From NCBI GenBank assembly GCA_051883095.1, contig JBJETB010000094.1, forward strand, positions 25,111 through 89,110: a stretch of DNA of 64,000 bases. Reading direction: 5' to 3'. Origin of the DNA: Anaerovoracaceae bacterium (GTDB lineage: Bacteria; Bacillota; Clostridia; Peptostreptococcales; Anaerovoracaceae). The notes beneath the pieces were generated by a model. The model was not told the DNA's origin and ran no database searches. It saw only the letters and a program-made list of their open reading frames with translations. Below are positions 1-8,230 of the stretch, piece after piece. The number at the start of each line of letters is the position of its first letter. Positions within the stretch are counted from its first letter, which is position 1. Both the position numbers and the translations under genes were made by a program.

Positions 1-264
1 TCTTACGAAATATACAGGACCTGTCCAGCTTTCAGGAAAATCATAGTCCTCTGCAGGCTCTGCCTTCCATTCAAGCCATCCGTCTTTTTTATTATGAATT
101 TTATGTTCGCCGGGGTAGAGATATATGCCCAGTTCGTCGTCCGTTTCACCGCAGGTGCAGCAGATTGAACCGCAAAGCAGGCCGCAGTCGCCGTCTATGG
201 GTGAAACTCTGTCCAGAAGCCTGTAGATGGCTTTCCATGTTCTTTTTTTTATAATACTTTTCAT
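1..264 (-). CDS. YkgJ/UPF0153-like cysteine-cluster protein (partial; C-terminus lies left of the window)
   Basis: Reverse-strand ORF running off the left edge, with its ATG at 264-262. Translation MKSIIKKRTWKAIYRLLDRVSPIDGDCGLLCGSICCTCGE... carries a dense Cys cluster of the YkgJ type. It is absent from the ORF track because there is no in-window stop. Confidence 0.45.
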   Translation of the reverse strand, partial: MKSIIKKRTWKAIYRLLDRVSPIDGDCGLLCGSICCTCGETDDELGIYLYPGEHKIHNKKDGWLEWKAEPAEDYDFPESWTGPVYFVR

Positions 265-405
265 GTGTAGGATTATAACAGTTTTAATAACAGCGTGCAA
301 TAACCTTAACAGATTTTTAACCCCCTGTTTTCTACAAAACAACACATATTAGTGTTAAAATAAAGCGTTAGTAATTAAACAAATTTAGTATAAAAGAGGT
401 AATTG

Positions 406-3400
406 ATGAGACTCGGAATTGATGTGGGATCAACTACAGTAAAGCTGATTCTGATTGATGAAAATGATGAAATAATATATCAGAGATATGAAAGACATAT
501 GTCAAGTGTATTCAGCAAGGTAAGCCAGCTGCTGAATGATCTTATGAAGGAAAAAGGGAACATGCAGGTGAAGGTTGTCATTACCGGTTCAGGAGGACTG
601 GCACTTGCAGATACCATTAAAGCTAAATTTGAGCAGGAGGTTGTTACCTGCTCTCTGGCTGTCCAGAAACTGATACCGCAGACAGATGTTGTAATTGAGC
701 TGGGCGGAGAGGATGCCAAGATTACTTTCTTCGGAAGCACCGTGGAACAGAGAATGAACGGAACCTGTGCAGGAGGAACGGGGGCATTTATAGATCAGAT
801 GGCTATACTGCTCAATACAGATGCGGATGGTCTTAATGAAGCGGCAAAAGACTACACGATAATATATCCTATTGCGGCCCGGTGCGGCGTGTTTGCCAAA
901 ACAGATATACAGCCGCTGATAAATGAAGGTGCTCCGATTGAGAATCTTGCGGCTTCAATTTTTCAGGCTGTGGTAAATCAGACCATAAGCGGACTCGCCT
1001 GCGGTCACAGGATTAGAGGAAACGTGGCTTTCCTGGGAGGTCCTCTTACATATATGTCAGAACTAAGAAAAAGGTTCATAGAAACTCTGCAGCTTGCACC
1101 TGAAGAAGTGATATTCCCCGAAAACTCCAAATATTTTGTGGCTATGGGTGCTGCTTTTATGGCAGATAAATGTGACGAGGTAAGTTTAAGCACCCTGGTG
1201 GAGCGTATAGAAAATGTTGACCCGCTGGCTACGGCTTCGACTAAGAGAGTTGAACCGCTGTTCAGAAATCAGGCAGAGTACGAGGAATTTAAGGCGCGAC
1301 ACGATAAAGCCAGAATAAAGAGAAAGCCTTTAGAAGAATGTAAGGGAGCTCTTTTCCTTGGAATCGATGCAGGTTCAACCACAACTAAGGCTGCACTCAT
1401 CGACAGGGATGAAAACCTTGTATATTCATATTACAAAAATAATGAAGGAAATCCACTGGAAGCAACAAGAGAGCTTTTAACTGAACTTTACAGACTTATG
1501 CCTACCGGATGCTGGATCGGCAACACAACTGTCACAGGATACGGTGAAGGCCTTATCAAGGCGGGTTTCAATGCGGACTTCGGTATAATAGAAACCATGG
1601 CACACTATAAAGCGGCTGAGGAATTTCTTCCGGGTGTGGACTTTATTCTGGATATCGGCGGACAGGATATGAAGTGCATGAAGATAAAGGACGGTGCAAT
1701 ATATCATATCATGCTCAACGAAGCGTGTTCTTCGGGATGCGGTTCATTCATTGAAACATACGCCAAATCGGTGGATATGAAGGTGGAGGACTTTGCCCGT
1801 GTCGGTCTGCTTTCTCAGAATCCTGTAGATCTGGGCACACGCTGTACTGTATTCATGAACTCCATGGTCAAGCAGGCTCAGAAAGAAGGAGCTGACATTG
1901 GTGATATCGCCGCAGGACTTTCATATTCGGTTATCAAGAATGCCCTTTATAAAGTTATTAAACTGAGAAATCCTGAGGATGCAGGTGATAAAATAGTCGT
2001 TCAGGGAGGAACTTTCCTCAATGAATCAGTTCTCCGCGCCATCGAAAAAGTCCTTGGAAAAGAGGTTGTAAGACCCGACATCGCAGGCATCATGGGCGCC
2101 TACGGATGTGCGCTCAATTCTCTGGCAAACTGGGAAGAGGGACACAGATCAACACTTCTGCATGCTGAGGATCTTGTTTCCTTTGAGGCAGGAAGCAGCA
2201 ATGCAAGGTGTGCAGGGTGTGAAAACAGATGTATGCTGACAATTACACGCTTCAATGACGGGACAAGATATGTGACAGGAAACAGATGTGAAAAGGGAGC
2301 GGGAAAGAAGAACAATGACGTTAATCTGCCTGACCTTTACGAATACAAACTGCACAGACTTTTTGACTATGAACCGCTGGCTGAAAAAGACGCACCAAGA
2401 GGCAGCGTAGCTATACCGAGAGTTCTGAATATGTACGAGGATTATCCTTTCTGGTTCACTTTCTTCACTGAAATGGGATATCGGGTGGTTCTTTCGCCTA
2501 TGTCTTCAAAAGAACTTTATGAAAAGGGTATGGATACTATTTCCTCAGATACAGCATGCTATCCTGCAAAGCTGGTTCATGGACATATAAAGACGCTTGT
2601 CGAAATGGGCGAAAAGTGGATATTCTATCCGTGTATAAATTATGAGCAGATTGAGGATGTCGATGCCCAGAACCACTATAACTGTCCTATTGTGGCAACT
2701 TACCCTGAGGTAATCGCCAACAATATGAATGAGATTTTTGAAGAGTACGGAGTGGAGTTCACTCATGATTTTCTTCCGTATGATGACGATAAGAGACTGG
2801 CCGACAGACTTTATGATCTGCTTGACCGAAGAGGGGAGAAGATACTCAGGTCACAGGTAAAGGTTGCTGTGGAAGCCGCAAGAGCAGAACAGCTTGCATT
2901 TAAGAAAGATGTGGAGTCCGAAGGAAAGCGGGCTGTGGAATATGCCCGTGAGCATGGAAAAAAGATAATAGTTCTTTCAGGACGGCCGTACCATCTCGAT
3001 ACAGAAATTAATCACGGAATAGATAAGATGATTCTGTCCTATGACATGGTGGTCGTATCTGAAGACTCCATCTGCAATAATGCAGAACTGCCGCGGCCTA
3101 TAAGAGTTCTGGATCAGTGGGTTTATCATTCCAGGCTGTACAAGGCAGCCAATGTGGTAGGCACCATGGACGATGCAGAACTGGTGCAGCTTAATTCCTT
3201 CGGATGCGGAGTTGACGCGGTAACAACAGATGAAGTTGAGGAAATTCTGGAAAACTCTGATAAACTTTATACTGTACTTAAAATTGACGAAGGCAACAAT
3301 CTGGGAGCTATCAGAATCAGGATAAGGTCTCTTAAGGCCGCCATGGAAGAGCGTGAGAAAAACGGTATAAAGGCAAAGCACAGCGAAAAATCTTTCGAAA

Positions 3401-4629
3401 GGAAGCTTTTTACCGAGGATATGAGAAAGAATTACACGCTTCTTATTCCTCAGATGTCGCCGATACACTTCCAGTATCTTGAGGTTGCATTCAGAGAAAG
3501 CGGGTACAACGCTGTAGTAATTCCGACGGTGGACAAGGCGGCTGTAGACGAAGGTCTGAAATATGTGAACAACGATGCCTGCTATCCTACCCTTGTAACT
3601 CTGGGCAAGATGATAAGCGCACTCAAGTCAGGAGACTATGACCTTGACAGGACAGCACTCATAATGTCGCAGACCGGAGGGGGATGCAGAGCAAGCAATT
3701 ATATAGCACTTCTCAGGAAAGCCCTTAAGGACCTTGGAATGGAGCAGATTCCTGTCGTATCCTTCAACATGGTCGGTCTCGAAGCTAATCCGGGCTTTAA
3801 GATTGACATAGACATGGGTAAAAGGCTTATCATGGCGGCGGTATACGGGGATCTTTTCCAGAGGCTCCTGTATGCTACCAGACCATATGAAGAGGTTCCG
3901 GGTTCAGCCGAAGGTATTATGAAAAAGTATGAGGCAGCTATTTTCCAGAACTGCAAGGACGGAAAGCTGAGTACATACAAAAAGCTTATACCTCAGATAG
4001 TGGCTGATTACGATGCTCTGCCTCTTAAGGATATAAAAAAGCCGAGAGTAGGTGTGGTGGGAGAGATTCTTGTAAAGTATCATCCTGATGCCAACAACAA
4101 TATAGTTGACATAATAGAGAAGGAAGGCGGAGAAGCCGTTGTGCTTGACCTGATAGACTTTTTCCTTTACGGAATGTACAGCAAGAAATTCAACTACGAG
4201 AAACTTTCAGGTTCATATAAGCAATATAAAATGAACCAGCTCGGCATAGAACTGATTGAGTGGTTCAGAAAACCTATGAGGAAGGCCTTGCGTGAGAGCA
4301 GGCGTTTCGATGAGCCTTCACATATTGAGCATACTGCGGAAGAGGCATCACAGATAGCTTCGATTGGAAACCAGTGCGGTGAGGGCTGGCTTCTTACCGG
4401 TGAAATGATTGAACTCATAAAGAGCGGAGCCACCAACATTGCCTGTCTGCAGCCTTTTGCATGTCTGCCTAACCATGTAACGGGAAAAGGCATGATGAAG
4501 GCATTAAGGGAGCGTTTCCCTAAAGCTAATATTGTGGCCATAGACTATGATCCGGGAGCCAGCAACGTAAATCAGCTTAACAGAATCAAGCTGATGATGT
4601 CGCAGGCCCATAAGAATATGGAAAACTGA
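406..4629 (+). CDS. Double BadF/BadG/BcrA/BcrD-type ATPase (CoA-substrate-specific enzyme activase repeats) fused to a 2-hydroxyacyl-CoA dehydratase-like (DUF2229-type) domain
   Basis: The ATG at 406 follows AAGAGG (394-399) and is preferred over the track TTG at 403. There are two ASKHA ATPase modules with phosphate-1 motifs GIDVGSTTVK and GIDAGSTTTK, a Cys-rich linker CAGCENRC...GNRC, and a roughly 750-aa C-terminal dehydratase-like region. Confidence 0.8.
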   Translation: MRLGIDVGSTTVKLILIDENDEIIYQRYERHMSSVFSKVSQLLNDLMKEKGNMQVKVVITGSGGLALADTIKAKFEQEVVTCSLAVQKLIPQTDVVIELGGEDAKITFFGSTVEQRMNGTCAGGTGAFIDQMAILLNTDADGLNEAAKDYTIIYPIAARCGVFAKTDIQPLINEGAPIENLAASIFQAVVNQTISGLACGHRIRGNVAFLGGPLTYMSELRKRFIETLQLAPEEVIFPENSKYFVAMGAAFMADKCDEVSLSTLVERIENVDPLATASTKRVEPLFRNQAEYEEFKARHDKARIKRKPLEECKGALFLGIDAGSTTTKAALIDRDENLVYSYYKNNEGNPLEATRELLTELYRLMPTGCWIGNTTVTGYGEGLIKAGFNADFGIIETMAHYKAAEEFLPGVDFILDIGGQDMKCMKIKDGAIYHIMLNEACSSGCGSFIETYAKSVDMKVEDFARVGLLSQNPVDLGTRCTVFMNSMVKQAQKEGADIGDIAAGLSYSVIKNALYKVIKLRNPEDAGDKIVVQGGTFLNESVLRAIEKVLGKEVVRPDIAGIMGAYGCALNSLANWEEGHRSTLLHAEDLVSFEAGSSNARCAGCENRCMLTITRFNDGTRYVTGNRCEKGAGKKNNDVNLPDLYEYKLHRLFDYEPLAEKDAPRGSVAIPRVLNMYEDYPFWFTFFTEMGYRVVLSPMSSKELYEKGMDTISSDTACYPAKLVHGHIKTLVEMGEKWIFYPCINYEQIEDVDAQNHYNCPIVATYPEVIANNMNEIFEEYGVEFTHDFLPYDDDKRLADRLYDLLDRRGEKILRSQVKVAVEAARAEQLAFKKDVESEGKRAVEYAREHGKKIIVLSGRPYHLDTEINHGIDKMILSYDMVVVSEDSICNNAELPRPIRVLDQWVYHSRLYKAANVVGTMDDAELVQLNSFGCGVDAVTTDEVEEILENSDKLYTVLKIDEGNNLGAIRIRIRSLKAAMEEREKNGIKAKHSEKSFERKLFTEDMRKNYTLLIPQMSPIHFQYLEVAFRESGYNAVVIPTVDKAAVDEGLKYVNNDACYPTLVTLGKMISALKSGDYDLDRTALIMSQTGGGCRASNYIALLRKALKDLGMEQIPVVSFNMVGLEANPGFKIDIDMGKRLIMAAVYGDLFQRLLYATRPYEEVPGSAEGIMKKYEAAIFQNCKDGKLSTYKKLIPQIVADYDALPLKDIKKPRVGVVGEILVKYHPDANNNIVDIIEKEGGEAVVLDLIDFFLYGMYSKKFNYEKLSGSYKQYKMNQLGIELIEWFRKPMRKALRESRRFDEPSHIEHTAEEASQIASIGNQCGEGWLLTGEMIELIKSGATNIACLQPFACLPNHVTGKGMMKALRERFPKANIVAIDYDPGASNVNQLNRIKLMMSQAHKNMEN

Positions 4630-4641
4630 ATCTGCCAATAT

Positions 4642-4672
4642 CCCCGCATCATTAAATTGCGGGGATTTTTTT
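4642..4672 (+). terminator. Rho-independent terminator
   Basis: Stem CCCCGCA (4642-4648) / TGCGGGG (4658-4664), followed by a T-run at 4666-4672. Confidence 0.8.
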
Positions 4673-4684
4673 CGTTAAAACACC

Positions 4685-4713
4685 TTGAAATAAGCCCTGC
4701 TATATTGTATAAT
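4685..4713 (+). promoter_or_regulatory. Sigma-A type promoter for yebC
   Basis: TTGAAA (4685-4690), a 17-nt spacer, TATAAT (4708-4713), with TG immediately upstream of the -10. Confidence 0.6.
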
Positions 4714-4752
4714 GACTTAGTTAAAAATTAAAATAAGTTAGGAGGTGTCTCC

Positions 4753-5481
4753 ATGGGAAGACACGGTACAATAGCAGGAAGAAAGGCCGCACAGGACTCT
4801 AAAAGAGCCGCAATGTTCACTAAATATGCAAGAGCTATCACAGTAGCAGCAAAAGCCGGCGGAGACCCTGAGTACAATGCAACATTAAGACTGGCAATTG
4901 AAAAAGCCAAGGCAATTTCAATGCCTAACGATAATATTACAAGAGCTATTAAAAAGGGAACCGGAGAACTTGCCGGTGAATCATATGAAGAACTGAGCTT
5001 TGAAGGCTATGGCGTAGGAGGAGTTGCAGTAATCGTTGAGGCTCTTACCGACAACAGCAACAGAACCACTTCGGCGGTCAGATCAACCTTTGACAAGTAC
5101 GGTGGAAATCTCGGTACGCCGGGATGTGTTTCTTATATGTTCTCAAGAAAAGGTATTATCATAATTGAAAAGACTGATGATATTGATGAAGATGCACTTC
5201 TTGAAGCGGCACTTGAAGCCGGAGCTGATGATATGGTTGTAAATGATGACAGCTTTGAAATTGTTACAGATCCGTCAGCATATACCGATGTACATCATGC
5301 GCTGGTGGATGCCGGCTATGAAATCGCTGAATCCGATGTGGAATATGTGCCTTCAATGGAAGCAGCACCGTCAGATCCGCGCGATATTGCTAAACTCGCA
5401 AAAATGATTGAATTGTTGGAAGATAACGATGATGTGCAGAAAGTTTATACAAACTGCTCAATTGATCTTTATGAGGAATAA
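4753..5481 (+). CDS. yebC: YebC/PmpR family DNA-binding transcriptional regulator
   Basis: 242 aa. N-terminus MGRHGTIAGRKAAQDSKRAAMFTKYARAITVAAKAGGDPEYN is diagnostic for the YebC family. An AGGAGG RBS lies upstream. Confidence 0.9.
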   Translation: MGRHGTIAGRKAAQDSKRAAMFTKYARAITVAAKAGGDPEYNATLRLAIEKAKAISMPNDNITRAIKKGTGELAGESYEELSFEGYGVGGVAVIVEALTDNSNRTTSAVRSTFDKYGGNLGTPGCVSYMFSRKGIIIIEKTDDIDEDALLEAALEAGADDMVVNDDSFEIVTDPSAYTDVHHALVDAGYEIAESDVEYVPSMEAAPSDPRDIAKLAKMIELLEDNDDVQKVYTNCSIDLYEE

Positions 5482-5504
5482 ATAGGGCGCGTTTAACCTA
5501 AAAT

Positions 5505-5692
5505 AATATCAATCCTGGGTTATTCGTTAAGGACACATAATTGAACCTACACTTGAGCTTAGGGAGTCCGGGTTTCCGGTACGTTATGTCAGGCCTCCTT
5601 GAAGGGGAAGACAGAGGTATGGAACAGGACACCCACCTATCGGAAGATAGGGCGTCAATTATATCCTCGACGGTAATTTGGGATTTTTTATT
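5505..5692 (+). ncRNA. ssrS: Candidate 6S RNA (SsrS-like rod-shaped regulatory RNA)
   Basis: Closing helix 5512-5545 / 5656-5686 with about 31 pairs, including four consecutive G-U wobbles that fix the strand. Central bubble 5546-5562 versus 5636-5655. Interrupted apical stem 5563-5598 / 5605-5635 with loop CUUGAA. U-run at 5685-5690. No credible ORF in the gap. Ends are approximate. Confidence 0.5.
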
Positions 5693-5728
5693 ATAAGCAT
5701 TGCAAGATAAAGGTTTAGAGGAAAAATT

Positions 5729-6559
5729 ATGAATCATTTAAAACCGGCCGAGATTCTGGAAGTCATTATGAAGACTTCCGAAATTAAGGCCAGTATGCCC
5801 CTTGGAAAAATGATTATTTTCGGCATTTTTGCCGGAGTATACATAGCTTTTGCAGGGGCGGGAGCCAATATGGGCTCATTTAATCTGCTTGCAGACCCGG
5901 AAACCATCGGACTGGGGAAAATTCTTTCAGGAACAATTTTTTCTGCAGGACTCATGCTCGTGGTTCTCGGAGGAGCAGAACTGTTTACCGGAAATACAAC
6001 CATGGCTGCCGCGGTAATTGACAGACGTATAAAATTATCATCAATGCTGAAAAACTGGATAATCGTTTATTTTTGTAATTTTATAGGCGGTGTCCTGGTT
6101 GCATTTATGGTATATTATACAGGGGCTTTCAACACAGGAGAGGGCATGCTTGGCGCTGTGACTGTAAAAATAGCTGCAGGAAAGGTTAATATGCCTTTCG
6201 GAGCAGCTCTTGTCAGCGGTATCATGTGCAATTGGCTTGTATGTATGGCAGTATGGCTGTCTTCAGGAGCTCAGACTACCGTAGGAAAGATTTTTTCAAT
6301 CTTTTTTCCTATATGGCTTTTTGTGACAGCTGGATTTGAACATTCCGTTGCAAACATGTTTTTTATTCCGGCTGGGATTTTAGCTGGTGGAAATGAGGTT
6401 TTTGCTGTTCTTTCCGGAACGAGCAGTGATGCGCTTGCCAACCTGACATGGACAGGTATGATAATAAACAATCTGCTGCCTGTAACCATAGGGAATATTA
6501 TCGGCGGGGCGATATGCGTGGCTTCCGGTTATTATGTGACACTTAAATCGGATAAATAA
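5729..6559 (+). CDS. Formate/nitrite transporter (FNT) family channel
   Basis: 276 aa and polytopic. FNT signatures GGAELFTGN and FEHSVANMF are present. RBS is AGAGG. Confidence 0.85.
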   Translation: MNHLKPAEILEVIMKTSEIKASMPLGKMIIFGIFAGVYIAFAGAGANMGSFNLLADPETIGLGKILSGTIFSAGLMLVVLGGAELFTGNTTMAAAVIDRRIKLSSMLKNWIIVYFCNFIGGVLVAFMVYYTGAFNTGEGMLGAVTVKIAAGKVNMPFGAALVSGIMCNWLVCMAVWLSSGAQTTVGKIFSIFFPIWLFVTAGFEHSVANMFFIPAGILAGGNEVFAVLSGTSSDALANLTWTGMIINNLLPVTIGNIIGGAICVASGYYVTLKSDK

Positions 6560-6592
6560 ATCTTAACAATACACTTGACAGAGGTAAATGAA

Positions 6593-8203
6593 ATGAACGA
6601 AAAACAACTTACGGTGCGCGGACTGATTATCGGAGCTATCGGCAGTATCATACTGACAATGAGTTCTATGTTTATAGCATTGAAGCTCAGCTCACTGCCA
6701 TGGCCTATCATGTTCGTGGTTCTCGTTTCAATGTTTGTGCTTAAGCTGATGGGCAATACAAACCTTCAGGAAATAAATGTGACTCAGACTGCAATGTCTG
6801 CAGGAGCCATGGTTGCCGGAGGATTGGCATTTACCATTCCGGGCATCTGGATGCTTCATCCGGATACAGAGCTTTCAATTCCGGTGCTTCTTGCCGTTAC
6901 CCTTGGAGGAGTAATTTTGGGACTGATTTTTACAGCTCTTTTCAGAAAATATTTTATAGAAACAAAGAATCTGCCTTACGCAATGGGACAGGCTGCAGCT
7001 GCGACACTGGAAGTAGGTGACAACGATAAGAAGAAAGCGGGACTTCTTTTTATTTCAATGGGAATTGCAGGAGTGTTTACAGCTTTAAGAGACTGGTTCG
7101 CCAAGATACCGGCAACGCTTATGAGCTCAAAGATGATAACCGGATACGGGTCTTATGCAGGAATATGGTTTTCGCCTATGCTTATTTCCATTGGATACAT
7201 AATCGGTCCTGTAGTAATAGGAGTGTGGTTCCTGGGAGCACTCATAGGAGATTTTGGCATACTCATGGGCGGAGTTGAACTTGGTTTCTGGGATTCTGCC
7301 GCTGCAGCAAGCATTAAATCTTCACTTGGTATAGGTCTTATGGTGGGAACCGGTGTAGGAATACTGATAAAGGGAATAATACCTAAGGCAAAAGATATCT
7401 TCGGCTCCATGTTCATAAAGGACAGACTTGGTGACAATTTCATCAACATGAGATGGGCACCTTTCGTTATGATAATACTTGCTGCTGTATTCACTTTCAT
7501 TACTGACATGGGTATAGTGGCTTCAGTGGTTACTATTCTCGGAGCATGGCTTGCTACTTCAATGTCTGCCCAGTGTGTAGGACAGTCGGGAATAAATCCT
7601 ATGGAGATTTTCGGTATTATAGTTCTGCTGGCAGCCAAGGCAGTTTCAAACATAGGTGAAATAGAAGCTTTCTATGTGGCTGCTGTTGTTGCTATCGCAT
7701 GCGGACTTGTGGGAGACGTGATGAACGATTTCAAAGCAGGGCAGATACTTGGAAGCGATCCGAAAGCTCAGTGGCTGGCAGAGGTTGTCGGCGCGCTCAT
7801 CGGAGGTGTTGTTTCAGTAGTTATACTTGCCGTTATTCTTAAAGCTTACGGTGGAGAGGCATTTGGAGGAGAAATGTTCCCTGCAGCACAGGCTTCGGCT
7901 GTTGCTGCAATGGTAGGCGGCATTTCTCACATGCCGGCTTTCCTGATAGGACTTGCAGCTGCGGTAATTCTTTACTGCTTCAACTTCCCGGTAATCACAC
8001 TCGGTCTTGGAGTATATCTGCCGTTCTATCTGTCTGCTACAGCATTTATCGGCGGAATAATCAGGTTCGCAGTTGATAAACTTGCACCTAGATTTGAGGA
8101 AGCAGGAAAGGGAACAATTATTGCGTCAGGTCTGCTGGGCGGAGAGTCTATAGTGGGCGTAATAATTGCTATTATCATGGCTGTACAGATTATCGCCAGA
8201 TAA
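6593..8203 (+). CDS. OPT-superfamily oligopeptide transporter
   Basis: Polytopic membrane protein of about 536 aa. N-terminus MNEKQLTVRGLIIGAIGSIILT is typical of bacterial OPT proteins. The ATG at 6593 follows GAGG and is preferred over the track TTG at 6575. Confidence 0.75.
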   Translation: MNEKQLTVRGLIIGAIGSIILTMSSMFIALKLSSLPWPIMFVVLVSMFVLKLMGNTNLQEINVTQTAMSAGAMVAGGLAFTIPGIWMLHPDTELSIPVLLAVTLGGVILGLIFTALFRKYFIETKNLPYAMGQAAAATLEVGDNDKKKAGLLFISMGIAGVFTALRDWFAKIPATLMSSKMITGYGSYAGIWFSPMLISIGYIIGPVVIGVWFLGALIGDFGILMGGVELGFWDSAAAASIKSSLGIGLMVGTGVGILIKGIIPKAKDIFGSMFIKDRLGDNFINMRWAPFVMIILAAVFTFITDMGIVASVVTILGAWLATSMSAQCVGQSGINPMEIFGIIVLLAAKAVSNIGEIEAFYVAAVVAIACGLVGDVMNDFKAGQILGSDPKAQWLAEVVGALIGGVVSVVILAVILKAYGGEAFGGEMFPAAQASAVAAMVGGISHMPAFLIGLAAAVILYCFNFPVITLGLGVYLPFYLSATAFIGGIIRFAVDKLAPRFEEAGKGTIIASGLLGGESIVGVIIAIIMAVQIIAR

Positions 8204-8230
8204 GCATGAAAATGTAAAGGGAGATTTTTC

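Noticed and set aside
403-405. Track-extended N-termini at 403, 6575, 10889, 11475, 13316, 13941, 29715, 41973, 48981, 51432, 53121 and 58225.
   Set aside because: In each case a downstream ATG or TTG has a properly spaced Shine-Dalgarno sequence and restores the family-typical N-terminus. The longer forms start at the first possible NTG after a stop.
5505-5692. SRP (4.5S/scRNA) RNA, considered because of the string AUGUCAGGCC...GAAGGGGAAGACAG near the apex.
   Set aside because: The invariant domain IV elements are not reproduced: the GGAA tetraloop context and the AGCA strand of the symmetric loop. The 3' side offers only AA, and the apical loop is the hexaloop CUUGAA. Recognisable Alu-domain loops are also absent.
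5505-5728. Riboswitch/attenuator (ZTP-pfl or Moco/Tuco type) controlling the downstream formate/nitrite channel.
   Set aside because: I could not find the conserved cores (pfl GGGUCGUGACUGGCG...CCGCCUGGGCA, or the Moco CCGAGCC...GGAAAGG). The fold is one long rod, not a multi-helix junction with an alternative terminator/antiterminator. It stays a fallback hypothesis that cmsearch would settle.
5498-5737. 79-aa minus-strand ORF filling the yebC-FNT spacer.
   Set aside because: It has no RBS or recognisable family and a low-complexity translation. The region is better explained by a strand-specific (G-U rich) RNA fold on the + strand.
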